Below the pieces are notes generated by a model. That model was not told the DNA's origin and did no database searches. It was given only the letters and a program-made list of their open reading frames with translations. DNA of 57,698 nucleotides, from IMG/VR virus record IMGVR_UViG_3300032053_000088, positions 1 to 57,698 of that record, one strand, 5' to 3'. The DNA comes from a virus. Its lineage: Duplodnaviria; Caudoviricetes. A program made the position numbers and the translations under genes. Below are positions 53,987 through 57,698 of the stretch, piece after piece; the stretch's first letter is position 1; each line of letters opens with the position of its first letter.

Positions 53987-54454
53987 ATGGATTTTACAAA
54001 AAATGTTGACGAGTTTAATTCAAGGGGGACATACAATTACCAATTTGATGAAGTTGGAAATTTGTTGTTGAATCCTTCGTCGTCAGTATTTGAACAGCAG
54101 TATTTTTCTATTCCCTTAATGCGATCCAAATATAATGATGCTAAAATTAATTCGTTTTATGACACAAATTTTACAGAATTTATAAAATCGCCTACAACAG
54201 GATCAGATAGTGAAGAAACAATAGCATTAAAAGACGAATTGAATAGAATAGAAAAGGAAAACGCCGAATTTAAGAAACAGTTGGATGTTATTATAGCTAA
54301 AGATGAACAAGGATCGGTTGAGGCTCAGAGGGATGCTATTAGGAATATTATTTTAGAGTTACGAATTAAACTGAAACAGGGAGAAACGTTGGATGATTTT
54401 GAAGTTGACTTTCCATATTTTCCAAACGCGAGTCAGGAAAATAATTTGATATAA
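53987..54454 (+). CDS. Hypothetical structural-region protein
   Basis: 155-aa ORF with coiled coil. Confidence 0.7.
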   Translation: MDFTKNVDEFNSRGTYNYQFDEVGNLLLNPSSSVFEQQYFSIPLMRSKYNDAKINSFYDTNFTEFIKSPTTGSDSEETIALKDELNRIEKENAEFKKQLDVIIAKDEQGSVEAQRDAIRNIILELRIKLKQGETLDDFEVDFPYFPNASQENNLI

Positions 54455-54455
54455 T

Positions 54456-57400
54456 ATGTCATTACCATTTTCACATTTAGTTCCTTATACGGGAAGTTTG
54501 AGTGCCGTCTCAGTATTGAGCGAAACAGACGCCAACTTATTTTCTACGGGGTCGTTGAGAGACATATGGTATGGTATCTCTGATGATGATTATATAGAAC
54601 TTTCTGTGTTCAGTTCAGATACCGAAGATCAGATAGCATTCAAGTGTTTTAATCAAGAAAAAAACTTTAAGACAGTCACGTTAACGTTTTTGGATAATAA
54701 AGACAGCCCCATTACATACACGTATGACGAATTACAAACTGATTTTGACATATACAAATCCGAAAAAATACTAACACATACCGTAGAACAATTGTATGAA
54801 GCTGGTATATACTCTGGTGAATATAAAGTTTCTTATAATTTTGTAAGGTTGATGGCTGGTAATCAAAATAGCCCGCTTACTATTAAAGATATTTCACCGT
54901 CTAGAAAAGAGATCAAACTTGTTCCATCTGAACGAACCGACAATAATTTTACAGCGTTTTGTTTGAAGAAATTTCATTTAAGAGATGTTATACCGGTTGT
55001 TATATCCGTCACAAAACAGTGCCCATATGATCAGATTTATGCGAGAGTTAAAGATAACTATGTAAATGAAATAAATCTTCTTCGAACCATATTCTTTTTA
55101 AATTATGATGGAAACGTTTTAACATTTTTAAAAGAATTGTATGAAGATTTTATTAAATATACCCTTCTTACTACTGAACAGATTTCTGACAAACTGAATC
55201 CTGATAAAATCTATAGAATACAAGGTATTAGGACATATTTTAATAATTACATGTTGTCTAATTACGATACAATATCAGATTTTGAAACGTTGGATATAAA
55301 ATTTGTAGAATATGTAGAAAAAAGAGTCGATCAAAAATTTAAACCGTTCATTTCTCAATTAAAAAATTCAAAAGAATTTCTAAACACAAGAAAATTTGTT
55401 ATAGAATTTTTTGTTGATCACTTTTATAGATATGCAATCAACCCGTTAATCAAAGAGTATAAAGAAAAATACTACTCATATCTCAAAAATGCATTAAATT
55501 TCGGAGATAATAGATTTTATACAATTCTTGCTCACGATTATTTGGATGAAAGAAATTCCACATCAGATCCTCTTACATTAATTGTTAAATTAAGTTCAGA
55601 ACTTCCTACAGACATATCAATAAAGAATTATTGTTGGGTGACTAACTACGGAATGGTTCCTTACGTGTTTAATGCCGTTGTTCAAGATCCTATAAAATAT
55701 CCAACTACAAGAATTGGTGCTCCAAATTTTAATATTGATGTAGCTACGGTAAGTAAAAAAAATGTAAATAAATTATATTCAATAGACGATCTTAAAATGA
55801 CAAACACCGATTTGGGGGATCGAGTGTCTTTAAATAAAAAGATTTCTGAATTGAATATCGATTATACCGATTTTAAAAACTTCGTCGTTTTTTCGTCGGT
55901 TGCGACTCGATTAACTGTATTTAAAAATAAAATTGTAGATTGGTCCGATTTAAGTTCTTCTTTGGTATCGTTAGAATATAAATATTCATCATCATTAAGT
56001 TCGTCGGTTGTGTATCCATATTATACAGTAGAACAATCGGATTATCAAACACGAATGACGGATATAATAAATTCGTTTGATGGATATGAATCTTTTCTTT
56101 TTAAAGGTGGAGATTATACATATAACATAAATTCCGGCTCATTTTTTAATGCAAGTTACGTAATCATTAAAGATGAAGACGCGGTGGAGTTTGATAGAAA
56201 TAACAGAGATAGTTTGGTCAATAACGTTCCTGAATATCTTGTGAACGACGAAGACAGCGTGGAATATTTGACCTTCCTATCAATGGTCGGGCATCATTTT
56301 GATAACATTTATACTTACATTTCGAGTTTACCCATTCAAAAATTTGTTCAAAACAGTTTGACTAGTAGTTTATCTACAGGCGTTTTGAAGGATGCTCTAT
56401 ATTCTCTTGGGTGGAATGTATCAGATCTTATTGGTGATGAAGACATCGATGATGTGTATTTGAATAGTATTGATAATTCTTCATATAATATCCTCTCATC
56501 CGAAGAGAGATTAAGATATATTTGGAATCGGTTATTAGTTACTTTGCCTCAAATTTACAAGACAAAAGGAACCGAAGCGTGTATCCATCTTTTAACTTCT
56601 TGTTATGGAATACCATCTACTCTATTAAGTTTGAGAGAATATGGCGGCGGCGACTACGCATCTGATGCTGCAATCACATATACAGACTACAAAAAAGTGT
56701 ATATGTGCAAGTTTAACGGAGAATATATTTCAGCATCGGTTCCAGCTAAAGACTTCATTTGTGGCCCGTGGGCAACCAATTTTAGAACCGTAGAATTTGC
56801 GTTTTCATCTGATGATGAAAAACATTTTGAATTATATGAAAAAGTTCCTATATTCACGTCGATTCCGTGGCCAGGAAACGGGTGGCCGAATGTATCATGG
56901 GCTATAGGAGTATACAAATTGCCTGAAAAATATTTTGGGAAAGTATTTTTTCAAATGTATTCGGGTTCCACGGCAAACACGATTCTTACAAGTAGTGCGT
57001 TGCCAATATTCAATGGAGATGTATTTAGTGTAATGCTGAGAAGAAACATTCCCATTAACGCATTCAATAGTAGCAGTATTCCAACATCAAGTGTATCATA
57101 TTTGAACAACATCGACTATATTCCTGCAAAATATGATTTGATCGTTCAAAGAAACGAATATGGAGATATATTATTTCAATCGACTAGCAGTGTCATATTA
57201 AATACTCTACAAGACAATAGAGCATTTAGTTCGTTTGGAAAGTTTTATGTAGGAAACACGTTAACGTCAGCTAGTTTTAGAGGAACAATTGATAAAATAA
57301 AGATTTGGGATATTCCTGCTACAAATGATGCCTTTAACGATTATGTTAATGATTATGAATCATATAGTTATTCTGGATCAGATGCTTACACACATTTATG

Positions 57401-57698
57401 GGTGGATCTTCATTGGAATTATCCAGAATCATTATATACAGCATCAATTACACCTAGTTCAGTAATAATAACAAACAACGCCGAATATTATTCTGTTATA
57501 AATTATTACAATGGAGTATACACATCGTCAACAGACATAACACAACAATCAAAATCGTTTGAAGCACAAAATCGGTGGAGAACATATCTTCCGTCAGGGT
57601 CTTTAGATATAGTAGCGCATCAATTTCCGATTTATATTGTTCCAAATATAAGTGTTTCTTATGATTCTACTATTTGTGAAAATTATACGGCCTCGGCG
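54456..57698 (+). CDS. Large baseplate/tail structural protein, truncated by window end
   Basis: ATG at 54456 and frame appears open to the end; MVGHHFDNI, KTKGT..CYGIP..LREYGG. Confidence 0.75.
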   Translation, partial: MSLPFSHLVPYTGSLSAVSVLSETDANLFSTGSLRDIWYGISDDDYIELSVFSSDTEDQIAFKCFNQEKNFKTVTLTFLDNKDSPITYTYDELQTDFDIYKSEKILTHTVEQLYEAGIYSGEYKVSYNFVRLMAGNQNSPLTIKDISPSRKEIKLVPSERTDNNFTAFCLKKFHLRDVIPVVISVTKQCPYDQIYARVKDNYVNEINLLRTIFFLNYDGNVLTFLKELYEDFIKYTLLTTEQISDKLNPDKIYRIQGIRTYFNNYMLSNYDTISDFETLDIKFVEYVEKRVDQKFKPFISQLKNSKEFLNTRKFVIEFFVDHFYRYAINPLIKEYKEKYYSYLKNALNFGDNRFYTILAHDYLDERNSTSDPLTLIVKLSSELPTDISIKNYCWVTNYGMVPYVFNAVVQDPIKYPTTRIGAPNFNIDVATVSKKNVNKLYSIDDLKMTNTDLGDRVSLNKKISELNIDYTDFKNFVVFSSVATRLTVFKNKIVDWSDLSSSLVSLEYKYSSSLSSSVVYPYYTVEQSDYQTRMTDIINSFDGYESFLFKGGDYTYNINSGSFFNASYVIIKDEDAVEFDRNNRDSLVNNVPEYLVNDEDSVEYLTFLSMVGHHFDNIYTYISSLPIQKFVQNSLTSSLSTGVLKDALYSLGWNVSDLIGDEDIDDVYLNSIDNSSYNILSSEERLRYIWNRLLVTLPQIYKTKGTEACIHLLTSCYGIPSTLLSLREYGGGDYASDAAITYTDYKKVYMCKFNGEYISASVPAKDFICGPWATNFRTVEFAFSSDDEKHFELYEKVPIFTSIPWPGNGWPNVSWAIGVYKLPEKYFGKVFFQMYSGSTANTILTSSALPIFNGDVFSVMLRRNIPINAFNSSSIPTSSVSYLNNIDYIPAKYDLIVQRNEYGDILFQSTSSVILNTLQDNRAFSSFGKFYVGNTLTSASFRGTIDKIKIWDIPATNDAFNDYVNDYESYSYSGSDAYTHLWVDLHWNYPESLYTASITPSSVIITNNAEYYSVINYYNGVYTSSTDITQQSKSFEAQNRWRTYLPSGSLDIVAHQFPIYIVPNISVSYDSTICENYTASA

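Noticed and set aside
31662-56917. Antisense ORFs within long genes (e.g. 31662-32147, 45691-46020, 48941-49273, 56687-56917)
   Set aside because: Fully nested opposite well-supported CDSs.
1-57698. Stop-codon recoding or suppressor tRNAs
   Set aside because: Long genes are open in code 11, TAG and TGA end well-packed genes, and no CTA, TTA or TCA anticodon was found.
1-57698. CRISPR array, DGR or retron
   Set aside because: No regularly spaced repeats, cas genes or reverse transcriptase seen.

Overview
A 57.7-kb, AT-rich segment of a large (jumbo-type, T4-like baseplate) phage genome in the standard genetic code. A Verrucomicrobiota host is plausible but rests only on recalled protein resemblance. 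(1) 0.2-3.8 kb: early-type small genes (SprT-like protease, RadC/JAB), most with their own TTGAC-N16-TANNNT promoter and a leaderless ATG. (2) 4-16 kb: hypothetical genes, a tmRNA, GIY-YIG and HNH nucleases and a methyltransferase. (3) About 11.7-34.8 kb: a very large RNA-gene region with about 36 recognisable tRNAs (many atypical), degenerate or chimeric tRNA-like RNAs, a minimal RNase P RNA, TrmH, free-standing endonucleases, two TnpB/IS605 right-end remnants, an R-M-like pair and more than a dozen stem-closed structured intergenic RNAs. (4) 35-42.8 kb: FN3, SMR, HD and intein-containing PhoH genes. (5) 42.8-57.7 kb: tail fibre/collar, late sigma factor and baseplate genes. Best candidate for an undescribed system: a 28-codon leader peptide with a mutually exclusive terminator/antiterminator at 17611-17757, at the head of the dense tRNA/ncRNA array. 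Its codons sample many different tRNAs, suggesting a general translation-stress attenuator for phage tRNA expression. All calls were made by eye; no searches or folding programs were run.
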